Part shown: piece by piece, positions 1 through 11,858 of the stretch | Layout: every line of letters begins with the position of its first letter | Position numbering within the stretch: position 1 is the stretch's first letter | Assembly (NCBI RefSeq): GCF_963921235.1 | Contig: NC_086118.1 | Coordinates: 38,254,001 to 38,318,000 of the forward strand | From: Mobula hypostoma | Taxonomy: Eukaryota | DNA: 64,000 nucleotides | Reading direction: 5' to 3' | Program-made: the position numbers and the translations under genes | Notes under the pieces: generated by a model | The model's database searches: none | Told to the model about the DNA's origin: nothing | Seen by the model: only the letters and a program-made list of their open reading frames with translations

Positions 1-395
1 AACATGTGCAAATACAAATGAATAAATAATCCTGAAAGTATGAGTTGTAGGGTCCTTGAAAGTAAGTCCACAGGTTGTGGAATCAGTTCAGAGTTGAGGT
101 GAGTGAAGTTATCCATGGTGGTTCAGGAGCCTAGTGAGAAGAGAGCATGATCTGGATGGTGGGGGTCCTTGGTGATGGATGCTGCTTTCTTTTGGCAGAG
201 CTCCTTGACGATGTGCATAATTACGGGGATGGCTTTTCCTGTGATGGGCTGGGTTATATCCATCGCTTTTTGAAGACCTTTCTATTCTTGGGCTTTGGTG
301 TTTCCACACCTGACCCTAATGCAACTAGTCAGGATAATCCACTGTGCACCGATAGAAGTCTGTCCAAATTATAGACGACATGCCTAAGATATTGA
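1..395 (-). mobile_element. Rex1/Babar-like LINE 3' fragment (decayed)
   Basis: Resembles the reverse complement of the Rex1-like 3' regions at 7600-8135 and 51800-52435 (aggacccccaccatccag, cctgaaccaccatgg motifs). Confidence 0.6.
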
Positions 396-588
396 CGGTG
401 GCTTCATAGTCTACAAAGCTGCTGCCACACTCCTGGGCAGTGGAATAGCAACATGTGATTTGTGAAGGAGAAGCGAATGAGTGACTATTGCAAGTGCTGA
501 TGTATAGTGGTACCCAGAGCCCCAGCGGCAGCCACGTCAGCACCGTATCCTTGGAGACCACAAGGGACGCTGAGGCACCATCTATCCC

Positions 589-892
589 TGAAATGGCTGG
601 CATGAGAGGGCACAGTTTAAAGGTGCTTGGAAGCAGGTACAGAGGAAATGTCAGGAGTAAGTTTTTTTACCCAGAGAGTGGTGAGTGCATGGAATGAGCT
701 GCCGGCGACGGTGGTGGAGGCGGATACGATAGGGTCTTTTAAGAGGCTCCTGGATAGGTACAGGAAACTTAGAAAAATAGAGGGCTATGGGTAACCCTAG
801 GTAATTTCTAAGGTAAAGACATGTGCGGCACAGCTTTGTGGGCCGAAGGGCCTGTAATGTGCTGTGGGTTTTCTATGTTTCTATGCTTCTAT
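589..892 (+). mobile_element. CR1 LINE 3' end, 5'-truncated
   Basis: Encodes the ORF2 C-terminal motif RGHSLKVLGSRYRGNVRSKFF and ends in a (TTCTATGT)n tail. Nearly identical to the minus-strand copy at 24422-24720. Confidence 0.85.
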
Positions 893-949
893 CTCTGCAT
901 TATGCTGGTCTTCCCAATGCAGTGAGAGAGGTGACACTGATTCCATCAT

Positions 950-1265
950 TGAAAGCAAGATTAGAGTTGTTTATCAAGTGTATATCGAAACATTGAAGCC
1001 CACAATGAAATGCGTAGCTTGCGTCAGATCAAATCAGTGAAGATTGTGCTGGACAGCCTGAAAATGTCGCCACGCTTCCAGGTCTGACATAACTTGCTGA
1101 CCCTGAGCTTAACCATACATCTTTGGAATGTCAGAGTTAACTGGGACATCTATAGGAAACCCACTCAGTCCTGAAGAGAACATGTAAACTTACAGACAAC
1201 GGCACGAATTGAAGCCTGACTGGTAATCCCTGGTGTACTGTCCGCTACGCTGCCCTGCTGCCATG
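950..1265 (-). mobile_element. HE1/V-SINE-like element with LINE-derived tail (decayed)
   Basis: Contains V-domain-like tctttggaatgt...gaaacccac. The tail tgtcgccacgcttcc is shared with 17665-17795 and 47260-47380. Confidence 0.5.
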
Positions 1266-1299
1266 TCACCCAAAGGCTCCAAGCTCTATACAGTCCAGG

Positions 1300-2100
1300 T
1301 TAGTGCTGGAGTTCTCTGTGCTCTTTGAAGGGCAGGTATTCCAACCTTATTTTAGGCAGACCCATCAGCTTTTACCTGTAGCTTGGCCCAAAGGCATTCT
1401 CGTAGTAAGGGGTGCATCCTCCTCACAACCTCTGTCCAGCCCCCAGCTGCCCGATCCATCCACCTCCACCCAGTCTGATGTCTTCCTGGGAGTTCTAGAT
1501 TACCCTGAACCCAAAAATCCTTGCTTCGACTCACTGCAGAAAGGTCCAGGCCCTTTGAGCTGGGAGAGTGTACCCAGAGTGAAAGAACTGGTCCAATCAT
1601 TCCAGCCTCTAAAGACTCAGCCATTAGTGACTGCACCTGGGCTAAGTTCAGCCCTCAGCTGATTCTCTTAGAAACAGATCATCTGATCATTTCTGTCATG
1701 TCTGCTAGGATACTGGGTGCTACAGTGCAAACTCAGTTATAAAAGTCTGTGTAGAGCTGCAGGTTCTCTCTCCTCCCACTGAACGGTTTGCAGGATAAAG
1801 GTCGGACTCTGGGGCTTGCCTTGTTTTGACCATGGATCCACACTTGAAATGTGAGCTCATTTCTTTACTGCACAGGCAGTTTCTGTGTTTGTTCCTTTGT
1901 CCCCTTTCCTGGTTGTTTGGAACCTAACATTGCTGAAGGCTTCTAAGATGGTGGCTCCTAACTCATCATGCTGGGACAATCTCTGCTGTGGGCCAGCTTA
2001 CTGTCAACATGTGCTGCTGTCCTGATTTCTAAAAGAGAATGCAAGATTCCCCTCACCAGAGCTGGGTTTCTGGGGTGGCTCCTAAAGACCGCATGCTAAA
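1300..2100 (-). mobile_element. Very decayed L1/Tx1-like reverse transcriptase remnant
   Basis: The minus strand near 1800-1860 reads like a frameshifted GVRQGCPLSP motif, followed by other weakly RT-like motifs. Heavily mutated. Confidence 0.3.
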
Positions 2101-3151
2101 AAAGTTCTGAAGTATTCAACTGCACTCTCCCAGTCTGAAATATGAATCCCGTCATTGGGACTCAATGGAATGTTGAGCATGAGAAGAGCTTACGTTTGAT
2201 GCCAGTGGATTCATGCCTCACCATCTCTGCTTTATCAGTGCACAATGTCTTTGCAATAATTGCCTAAATGTTTTCAGTTTTAATGAGGGGATGTAAATCA
2301 CATTGGTAGAATTGGTGAAAAGTAGGGTTATTATGAAAATTATGGAGGCTTGTTATGGCTGCTGCCATTTTGGATTAGGTGTAGTGGCATTTAAAAACAA
2401 ATCTTCCAGTAATCTGTCACAGAACAAAGATTAAAATAAGTTTATGGTTTTTAAAATAACTCAAAGGCTCTTATGCTATAGTAGAACCTCCTCAATCATG
2501 TAGTATAATGTAACTTGAGCAAAACCATTTTTACATCTGTTGTCAGTTAGGATATTTGCTCTGTTACTATTTTTCTTTGACAGTTGAGAAGGATGAATTT
2601 CTGTTAGCTCCGAGATAGGAATGAGCACAAGACAAGATCTATTCACAATTTACATTAGCCTCCCAGTAGGGGAGCAAATTTAAATTGGATTAAATTTGCA
2701 CACAGACATTTTTCTTAAAAAAATGTTCGTGCATAAGAGAAGATTTGAACTGCACAAATATCAAACTAATCAGAGCTGCCCGTATCTCCAGCGGTCTGGC
2801 AACCAATTGGAAAATATTCACCTTCACCTTCTGGTGAATTGGAATGTATTTTAAAGCTGTCATGTAACCAAATAATAGTGAGAGATAGTCCATTAGACTG
2901 CAACAAAATCATCTGATTCTTTACAGTTATTGAACCACCGCAGGTAAAGTACAAATATGCTCACCGAATACTATGCACTCACTGAATATTATATACTTAC
3001 AGCACAATCTCGTTTGCATATGGAATAAAATGCAAGTGGAAGAATTCAATAAAGATGATCCGTGATTTATTAACCACTTCCTTCCATCAGCAATGCACAG
3101 TAAGAACAGCAGTAATGGTGAATGTTTAAAGAATTGCCAAGAAAAGATTCA

Positions 3152-3189
3152 CTGTTCTGATGAAGGGTCTCAGCCTGAAACATCAACTG
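3152..3189 (+). ncRNA. Minimal type-I hammerhead ribozyme motif in a Penelope pseudo-LTR fragment (fragment extends to ~3250)
   Basis: Reads ctgtt-CTGATGA(3157-3163)-AGG gtctcag CCT-GAAA(3177-3180)-c-ATC-aactg. It has both core boxes, a 3-bp stem II, an NUH triplet and an imperfect stem I. Confidence 0.7.
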
Positions 3190-3639
3190 CTTATTCCTTT
3201 CCATAGATGCTGCCTCCCCTGCTGAGTTCCTTCAGCATTTTGCATGTGTTATGCCGTACTCAGGCCCATGTTGAACAAAGTTAGCATGATGAACGATTTT
3301 GCTGCCTGCACTGTCCCACCTTCCACAGCTAAATAATCATCATGTCAGAGTTCTGTATTCTCCTGAACAACTAAATTCTTCCTCAGGTTGATTTTGAGAG
3401 ATGCCAAGGGATAAAAGATGAGGCCTGAAAACTAATTCAAAAAATGTCATCCTGAAAATAACTTCTAGATTGCAAGAAGAAAAACACATTTGAAATAAAA
3501 CACTCACAGCAAGGGAGATTTCCAAATTACTAACTTGCCCAATTTCTGCTCTCCTTAATAGTAAAAATAGAAAGGTGGATTACTTTGAAATGGTGAAAGA
3601 GAAAGATTCAAAGGTGCCTGGGGTGTGTATGAACAGAGG

Positions 3640-4020
3640 AAGGATCTCAATCCAAAATGTTGACCGACCATTTCCTTCCGCAGGCTCTGCCTGACCGGCT
3701 GAGTTCTTCCAGCAGTTTTTGCATTGACGTAGGTACAGCAGACAATTAGGAAGGTAAACTGTATATTGGCCTCGTGCAATGCACACAAAATGTTGGCAAA
3801 TTTCAGCACGACTGGCAGCATCTATGGTGGGGAATAAACACTCAGCATTTCAAGTTGAGACCCTTCAGCAGGGCAGGACCCTTCAGTCGTCCTGATAAAG
3901 TGTCTTGGTCTGAAACATCAAATATTTATTGCCCTTTAAAAAAGCTGCTTGACTTACTGATATCCTTCAGCATTTTGTGTGCGTTGTCCAAGATTTCCAG
4001 CATCTGCAGAATCTCTTGTG
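3640..4020. mobile_element. Penelope pseudo-LTR fragments: + copy 3640-3722, - copy ~3778-3875, + copy ~3885-4020
   Basis: Each matches the pseudo-LTR motif (ctgatgaagggtct..gaaac..gatgctgcctg..ctgctgagtt..ccagcattttgtgtg) that follows the GIY-YIG ORF at 32884-33003. Confidence 0.75.
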
Positions 4021-4029
4021 AGTACGTTG

Positions 4030-4460
4030 GCCTACTGCTTATTGCAGGAGAATTTGACCATAAGAGCCAAGATATCTTGCCCCCAGTATGCAGGGCCCCA
4101 GTGAAACTGCATCTGAATGTTGTGTGCAGGGATCAAGGAAGGATATAGCTTCAAATTAAACTGTGCAGCAAAGTACAGCAGATAGATTCCAGAGATAATG
4201 AGTTTGTCATATGAGAGGAGCTTAAGTAGTCTGGCCCTGCAGAAGAATGAGAGAAGATCTCATTGAAATAGTTAAATTTCTTAAGGGGCTTAACAAAGTG
4301 ATGGTGGAGTTGATGATTCCCATGACAGGACTGTCTAGAGGGGTCACTGTTTTGAAATAAGAGGTGAAGCACTCTGACAAAAAGATAGGAAGAAATTACT
4401 TTGGGGGTGTTGATGTTTGAAATTCTCTACACAGGCTCAGCTACACAGCATTTTCAAGAA
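4030..4460 (+). mobile_element. CR1 LINE ORF2 C-terminal fragment (old)
   Basis: Decayed versions of CR1 motifs (IAGEFDHKSQDIL, gagagaagatctcattgaaa, agagggtcactgtttt). Confidence 0.6.
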
Positions 4461-4489
4461 GTGCCTGTTCCTGTCACTGATTGTACCCT

Positions 4490-5750
4490 TGGTTGTATAC
4501 CACTTTGACATCTGATTCACGGCAATGTGCAAGCCAGCATTCTAATCAATGAATCCACACCAGATCTTACCTCAGTGCAAACTGGTGTTAAGCAGATTTG
4601 TATTATTGCCCTGGTATATTCTCCAGCCTTCGAGCTCATCCCGCCTCCCAACAACTTTCCACAGGCTTGGAGCTGATCTACAGGACAGCGAGAAACCACC
4701 TGGCATACGACAAGCCTACACAAAACCAAGTTCAGCTCAGTCTCTGTAGTGATGCAAACCGCATCCAACACTTACATTTGTGCATGTTAGAGGCCAAGGC
4801 AACTCATCCACAGGCCTGAAGAGGATGGGCTTCACACAATCAATCTGCCCCCACAGTCTGACGAGACAGGGTCACATCCCATAGTTCAGGAGTCACCACC
4901 TCTCTGCAAAAGCAGGCGTAATGAACACAAGAGATTTTGCAGATACTGGAGATTTTGAGCAACACCCACAGACAGTTGAGGCATCCCAACAGATCAGGCA
5001 GCATCTACGGCGAGGAGTAAAAGTCAATGTTTTGGGCCGAGACCCTTCATCAGGACTGGAAAGGAAGTGGGAGGAGCCAGATTGGGAATGTGGGGGAGGG
5101 GAAAGAGTACAAGCAGATGATCATCTTCAGTGGGTGAATAAGGAAAAGGGTATTTGAAGATACAATTCTCAAACACGGTGCAAATCTCCTAGTTGGTTAG
5201 GGTAAGAACCACTGGCAGAAGGCACCTCAAGGCATTGAAGATATACTATGAATCCTGTCTCCAGACAGTCTTCCAAATCCATTGCCAGGGTTCATACCTA
5301 GGTCAACATTCTGAGTGTTGAGTCCCTGAGTATATACAGTTGGCTCTGCTGGGCAGGCTACGTCACCTGCGTCCCTGATACAAGATGTCTGAAACTGGCT
5401 CTCTATTCTAAGGTGTATCATGGGAAGAAATTTCCAGGTGGACAAAGGAAAAGATTCAAGAAGGTTCTCCAAGTCGCTGTCAAAATGTAGAATGTTCCCA
5501 TTGACTCTTCTGAATCCCTGGCTAATGACTGGGGGAGGTGGAGTAGAAGCTCCGGGGATGTTGATAAGAATCTAAAATCCATTGGAAACCATGGACACTC
5601 ATAATTAATGGCAAAGGAAACACACCACCTCAGAACTATCCAGTGTCGCATCCCTCAGTAAGTCATCTCCTGACCCACCTGTGGCAGAGTCTGGAGGTTC
5701 CTTATCATCCACCTCAGAGCCTGTAGAACTCAGTTGGAAGCAAGTAATCT
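4490..5750 (+). mobile_element. RTE-clade LINE fragment, interrupted by a Penelope pseudo-LTR at 4918-5150
   Basis: Translates to LIHGNVQASILINES..VQTGVKQICIIA (RT motif GVKQGC) and to PGGQRKRFKKVL..ESLANDWGRW, typical of the RTE C-terminus. Confidence 0.7.
4918..5150 (-). mobile_element. Penelope pseudo-LTR/3' UTR fragment with mutated hammerhead
   Basis: Reverse complement reads cagtc-CTGATGA-agggtctcggccc-AAAA-c-att-gact, with GAAA changed to AAAA. Confidence 0.75.
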
Positions 5751-6961
5751 CAAGAATTAAAAAGATATTCAAGAATGTTAAGGGTTAGTATAGAAAAATG
5801 CTACCGAGATAAATGATCAGCCATGATCTTCCTGTGTTTGTAAAATATGCACAAGGGGCTGAATTACCCTCTCCTCCCACTTTTTATGTTTTATGTTCGT
5901 TCTTCCTTCCTCACCCTCAGAGAAAATGTACCTGGCCTCAGCTGGGCAAAGATATTTATCTGCGAACATCACAACTCATTAGTAAAACCAGACTGCTACT
6001 GGCAGAAAGTTCTGAATCAGCACTAGTTTGTCACCCTCAGAAGGTAAATCATAAATATATTTCTCTAGCTTGCGTCACATTGTGTTTTTTTCACCTGTGT
6101 CTGATGCAAGGCTGCTTCTGTGCTGTAATGTGACAGCTTTCTGGTAGAGGCACGGACAAGAAAAATTATGCCCTGTTAAAAGAATTGGATGAATCCCAAC
6201 TTTAAGCACAACAACAACAACAGCTGTAGCACGCAGTCCTCAGCATAAATCACAGTCGCAAATCTGGGGATAGTGGTGGTGAGGGGATCAGTGCTTTCTA
6301 CAGCATGGTGGCACTGTCTAGCAGAAAGGCAAACTCAGTTATAGTATTTGAGCTCTCAGGGCAAGAGTCCATGGATTAACTTTGAAACAATACATTTCTT
6401 AGACTTAATTTGAATCACTGTACATATGTTACAATCACTGATATACCTTTTATACAATTCTTGTCCCATCTACCTCCAAACCCAGGGTACTTAGGTGTTT
6501 GGAACAGTGCTGGCCCTGAGAAATTGGAGTGAGAAACTTAGTTTAGCCTGGGATTCAATTTCATATTTCCTATATGGGCGCCAGATATATTAGCACTGGG
6601 CTACGTGGCAGCTCCTGAGTTTATTTAAGAAGTAGAAGTGAATCCATTTCCGCTCCACTGACATGTTTAAATTGCCATTTTTATGAGGTTTTATCTCAAT
6701 TTCATGAGGCACATTGAGGATACCACCAACTTTCAAGTATTTTCTTCTGACAATTCTGAGCTCAGCATGTCAATTTAAAACTCTCTTCATTGGGAAGACC
6801 GTTTTTCATGTTTTCTTGTAAATATTTGACTGGCTAGGCTGTATGTTTTTCAGAAATGGATTGTCAGAGGAAGACGAAAGTCAGGGATTTTAAAGCTGAG
6901 TTTGCAGAAAGCATCTGTGTTTCTTCATGAGTCATGTCTTGGTACTTGCTCATTGTATCTG

Positions 6962-8135
6962 CATCTTCTCGATGGCTCTTCACGCGGGCTTAGATCACCT
7001 GGACAATACAAACACCTATGTCAGGATGCTGTTCGTTGACTATATCTCAGCGTTTAACACTATCATTCCCACAGTCCTGATCAATGAGCTACAGAACCTC
7101 GGCCTCTGTACCTCCTTCTGCAGATGGATCTTCATCTTCCTAACTGGAAGACCACAATCTGCGCAGATTGGTGATAATATCTCTTCCTTGCTGATGATCA
7201 ACACTGGTACACCTCAGGGGTGTGTGCTTAGCCCACTGCTCTACTCCCTCTATACCCATGACTGTGTGGAGGTACAGCTCAAATACCATCTGTAAATTTG
7301 CTAATGATACAACCATTGCTGTTAGAATCTAGATGGGGATGGGCAGTGGGGGGGCACACAGGAGCGAGATGTGCCTGCTAGTGGAGTGGTGTTGCCGCAA
7401 CAACCTGGCACTCAACTTCAGGAAGACGAAAGAGTTGATTGTGGGCTTCAGGAAGGGTAGGACAAGGGAACACAAACCAATCCTCATAGAGGGAACAGAA
7501 GTGGAGAGAGTGAGCAATTTCAGGCTGCTGGGTGTCAAGATCTCTGAGGACCTGACCTGGTTTCAACATATTGATGCAGCTATAAAGAAGGCAAGACATT
7601 AGGAGTTTGAAGAGATTTGTTTTGTCAAAGAAAACACTTGAAGACTTCTATGAATGTATTGTGGAGAGCATTCTGACAGGCTGCATCACTGTCTGGTATG
7701 GGGGTGGGGGTGATGCTCCTGCCCAGGATTGAAAGAAGCTACAGAAAGTTGTAAAATTAGTCTGCTCCATTTTGAGTACTAGTTTCCGTAAGGACCTCCA
7801 TCATACAAGACATGCCCTCTTCGCCTTGTTGCCGTCAGGAAGTGGCTAGAGGAGCCTGAAGGCACACACTCAACAATTCAGGAACAGCTTTTTCCCTTCT
7901 GCCATCTGATTTCTAAATGGACATTGAACCCATGAGCACTACCTCACTTTATAAATAATATATATTTCTGTTTTTGCACTAATCTATTCAATATACACAT
8001 ATATACTTACTGTAGTTGATTGACTTATTCTTTTATCTCTTCTTTCTACATTATCATGTATTGACTTGACTGCTGTTGCTAAGTTAACAAGTTTCACGAC
8101 ACATGCTGGTGAAAATAAACCTGATGATTCTGATT
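6962..8135 (+). mobile_element. Rex1/Babar-like LINE, 5'-truncated (RT and 3' UTR)
   Basis: RT motifs [36 protein letters not shown] and KTKELIVGFRK. Ends aataaacctgatgattctgattct. Frameshifted. Confidence 0.85.
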
Positions 8136-8569
8136 CTGTCTCTTTTCACGTGGAGCAGTTGTCTGGCCCTTGAGTCGAGTAGTGGCAGGTAGATATTGAT
8201 CTGGATCTCCTGGCTCTGATGGTTTCATCCTTTTTGGAGCAGGCAGCTTCAGTCATACTATGCTCATAGATTTTGTGAAGATGGAGAGTTGTGCTGATCA
8301 TGGTCGTGGGGGCAATGCTGATGTCAGGGTGTTTTATAGGTTTGTCAACATGAAGCATAAGTCTCCTTCGTTAACCTTAACTGTCCTTCTCAGCTTACTA
8401 CATATATCCTGGGTTCCCCATATCCCATTCTTGGGAGCAGCTTTCCTCTTCGTGTACATTTACCAGTTCAACTTCAGGTGCAGAAGTAAGTTGGCACAAA
8501 AGAAATCATAGACTTCTAGTGCCTGTGACAATGTAAGTTGTGGTTACCAGATTGTGTTAATGGCGTACC

Positions 8570-9050
8570 TCAGGATCGAGGATGATCTGCTTCCATTCCA
8601 ATGAGGAGGCTGATGAGACCAGTGTGGGAACCACAGATTTTGCACAAGTGGGGCAGGATAGGTGGGCCACTTGTTTTTTTTCCAGCATTTAGGCTTAGCT
8701 GTTGCATTCTTCTGACATGTGGATATGAAGTTCTCTGTATCAACCCAAATATGCCTTCTTCACACTGAGGAATCAAGGGCCAAGGATTACCAAGGGTCAA
8801 TGCAGTTTTTAAGGGGGCTTTAAGCACACTCTTGATTTTTTTTCCTCTGACTCACTGGTCATGTCTTCCCTTGATAAGGCACAAAATAGAGAGTGCCTGC
8901 TTTGGTCATCTGTCGTCAGGAGTATGAATGACACGCCCTGCCCAATGGATTGCAGGTCATGAGAACTTCAGTGCTGGGAAAGGATGCTGACATCGGTTCA
9001 TTCAACCTGACAATAATATTTGAGTCTTTGGAAGTAACCAGCCTGGATGA
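8570..9050 (-). mobile_element. RTE-clade LINE 3' fragment
   Basis: C-terminal motif LKAPLK...CKICGSHTGLIS and 3' end gatcatcctcgatcctgag. Confidence 0.65.
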
Positions 9051-9634
9051 AGAATCTGTAATTTGCTTCAACAGTATGATGCAGCTAGTTCACCTGAGCC
9101 TCAGGGTAACTCTTGTATCCTAGTGAGGATCTACTGATAAATGAAAGGTGAGAAGCTTGGCACAGGGAGTTGCACTGAGGACTTTTCACTTAATTCAGAT
9201 GTTACTGGCAGTGGTGAACGAGACAGAACAAGTCTTTTGGATTCTGTTGGAGGCGCATAGCCTCTCAGGAGAAAATAACAGCTTCTGTCAGGTCAGCTGC
9301 ACCAGAACTCGTTTTGTTGTAAGCAAGTTAGATCGGGGGCTATAGTGATGGCTGACTGTTTGGACGATTTCACAAGAGACTGTAGATGCTGAAATCTGGA
9401 ATAACAAGCACTGCTGGAGGAACTTAGTGGGTTGAACAGCAGCTCTAGGAGGAAAGGGATTGTTAATGTTTCAGGTCGAAACCCTGCATCAGGACAGGAC
9501 GTGGAGCGGAGAGGAGACCATAAGACCATAAGGCATAGGAGCAGGATTAGGGCATTCAGCCTATTCAGTCTGCTTTGCCATTCTTTTAAATCTTATTTAT
9601 TACCAATCTCGCGCTCGTTCTCCTGCCTTCTCCG

Positions 9635-10964
9635 GACTGTTCGCTCGAAGCTGCACAGTTGCGTGGTTGCGCAGTAACTGAAATGCAGTGCACATAGCCT
9701 TTGCTACAGGGCAGCTGGGATTTTCTTTTATATAATTTAAATATAGTAATATTAAAATTATGTTAATATAATTTTGAGAGCTTTGTTAATATAATTGTGA
9801 AATACCTTGTAATTAATTGTGTTCATAAATATAATCCATAAATTTTCTAAATAATAAACATACAACAACCTTTATTTTGAAACATTTTAGAGCTTCAATG
9901 TATTTATATTGACAGTGTTTCAAGTTACCACACTGTTACAAATTGTAACAGTAAACACAGAATGGAAGTCTATAGCTCATTATTAATAAATCCGCTGAAC
10001 GCTGACACCACCTAGTCAAAGCACCCAATAGACAGACGAGAAAAAGTTTATGAAACATGAAAGATTTTCTTTGTTATACTGTATTTAGATTAGATTATGA
10101 GGACACGCAGTCCTCTTCTATTATCATTTAGTAATGCATGCATTAAGAAATGATACAATTTGTTCTTCCAGAATGATATCATAGAAACACAAGACAAACC
10201 AAGACTAAAAAAAACTGACAAAAACCACATAATTATAACATATAGTTACAACAGTGCAAAGCAATACCGTAATTTGATGAAGAACAGACCATGGGCACGG
10301 TAAAAAAAAGTCTCAAAGTCTCTCAAAAGTCCCATCATCTCATGCATACGGTTGAAGGGAGAAACTCTCCCTACCGTGAGCTTCGAGCGCCGCAAACTTG
10401 CCGATGCAGCATCCTGGAAGCACTCGACCACAGTCCGACTCTGAGTCCGTCCGAAAACTTCAAGCCTCCGACCAGCCCTCTAACACCGAGCACCGAGCAC
10501 CATCTCTGCCGAGCATTTTAACCCCGGCCCCGGCAACAGGCAATAGGCAAAGCCAAGGATTTGAGGCCTTCCCCTCTGGAGATTCTAGATCGCACAGTAG
10601 TAGCGGCAGCGAAGCAGGCATTTCAGAAGTTTCTCCAGATGTTCCTCCGTGCTTCTCAAGTCCATCTCCATCAAATCAGGATTGTGCACGGTACCCACTT
10701 AACAAATATGATATCAATTCGGAGTGGCTGCACGCACTGCGTTGCGCCGCCATCTTCTTTTCCCCTCCCATTGTTCATTATACTTCAATAAACAAATAAA
10801 ATCAGAAGTATGTGATATATCAATTTTAATTCTAAATATTCATAGTTTTGTATGCAGATTACAAAAAAAATCTTAAAGTGCCATGTAGTTTCAAGACGTA
10901 AAAATTTCCTGCTCAGAGCAACAGTTGGTCCACATAGCTCTAAAAGAAAATAGGGGGAGTATTG
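9635..10964. mobile_element. hAT-like MITE, interrupted by the 680-bp element
   Basis: Degenerate TIRs gactgttcgctcga / tagggggagtattg, degenerate 8-bp TSD cttctccg / ctcctccc, and an AT-rich interior. Confidence 0.5.
10086..10769 (-). mobile_element. ~680-bp non-autonomous retroelement, copy 1
   Basis: Highly similar to 25075-25762 and 60361-61039. Head AAGATGGCGGCG; tail ...gaggactgcgtgtcctcataatctaatcta. Confidence 0.9.
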
Positions 10965-11229
10965 CTCCTCCCCATAAACTTTGATGTGCTTACTAATCAA
11001 GAATCTATCAACCTTCACCTTAAATATACCCAATGCCAGAATAAGGAGAAGGGGGTTGGTGAGAAAAATTTCTGAGGTGATTGATGGACTGGGGAAGGGT
11101 GTAAGATGACAGGTAGTTGGTGCCAGGTAGGGAGAGGAGCAGGAGTGGAGTTGCAGATGGACAGGTGAATGACAGATGGAGGCAGACAAAGATAGAGAGT
11201 GAAAAAATATAGAGAGGCAGGTTAAGGAT

Positions 11230-11725
11230 CAGTGATCAGTGAGGGTTATGCTAATATTCTATGGCATGTTACCATTAAGAAGGAGGAGGCATTAGGATTT
11301 ATGAAAAGCATTAAGGTAGATAAGACTGCAGGGCATGATAAAATCAAACTAATGGAGAGATACAAGAGAGGAGCTTGCTGTATAATTTTTTTCACAGTCA
11401 AGGTCCAAAAGAACTAGAGAATGGTCAATATTGTTCCACTTCTTGAGAAGGATAATAGAGACAAATCAGGAAACTATAGGCTTGTGAGCCTTATATCAAT
11501 GAAAGGGAAGATATTTAGGGATAAGATTTACTCACATCTGGAAAAGCATGGACTTATGAGGGATAGTCACCATGACTTTGTGCGAAAGGGCTCATGGCTT
11601 ACAAACTTGACTGATTTTTTTGAGTGAGTGTCAAAGATGTTAAGGTTAGGCTGTGGATGGTCTTTACATGGACTTTGGTAAAGCTTTTGACAACATCTCT
11701 CACGGTAAGCTGATGCAGAATATTA
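11230..11725 (+). mobile_element. CR1 LINE RT fragment
   Basis: NIVPLLEKDNRDKSGNYRLVSL...HHDFVRKGSWLTNLTDFFE followed by a DFGKAFD motif. Confidence 0.8.
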
Positions 11726-11744
11726 AGGCGATTGGAGGCTTGAT

Positions 11745-11858
11745 GAAGTGTCTTGGCCCAAGAAGTCAACTGTTCATTTCCCTCCATAGATTCAGCCTGA
11801 CATGCTGAGTTCCTCCAGTGTTTTGTATGTGTTACTGCAGATTCCCAGCATCTGCACC
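11745..11858 (+). mobile_element. Penelope pseudo-LTR fragment (decayed hammerhead)
   Basis: ttgatgaagtgtcttggccc...gcctgacatgctgagttcctccag. Confidence 0.65.

Larger units (their letters stand above)
9370..11200 (-). mobile_element. Penelope pseudo-LTR/3' UTR (9370-9517 and ~11035-11200) split by a CR1 3' tail (~9518-9634 and 10965-11034)
   Basis: Removing the inserts rejoins ...ggagaggaga and tgccagaataag..., matching 36910-36935. The CR1 piece has the (cataagac)n tail. Confidence 0.65.

Noticed and set aside
2927-2943. 17-nt microexon (ttacag|...cag|gtaaag)
   Set aside because: It is not frame-preserving, has a short pyrimidine tract and no partner exons, and such matches are expected by chance.
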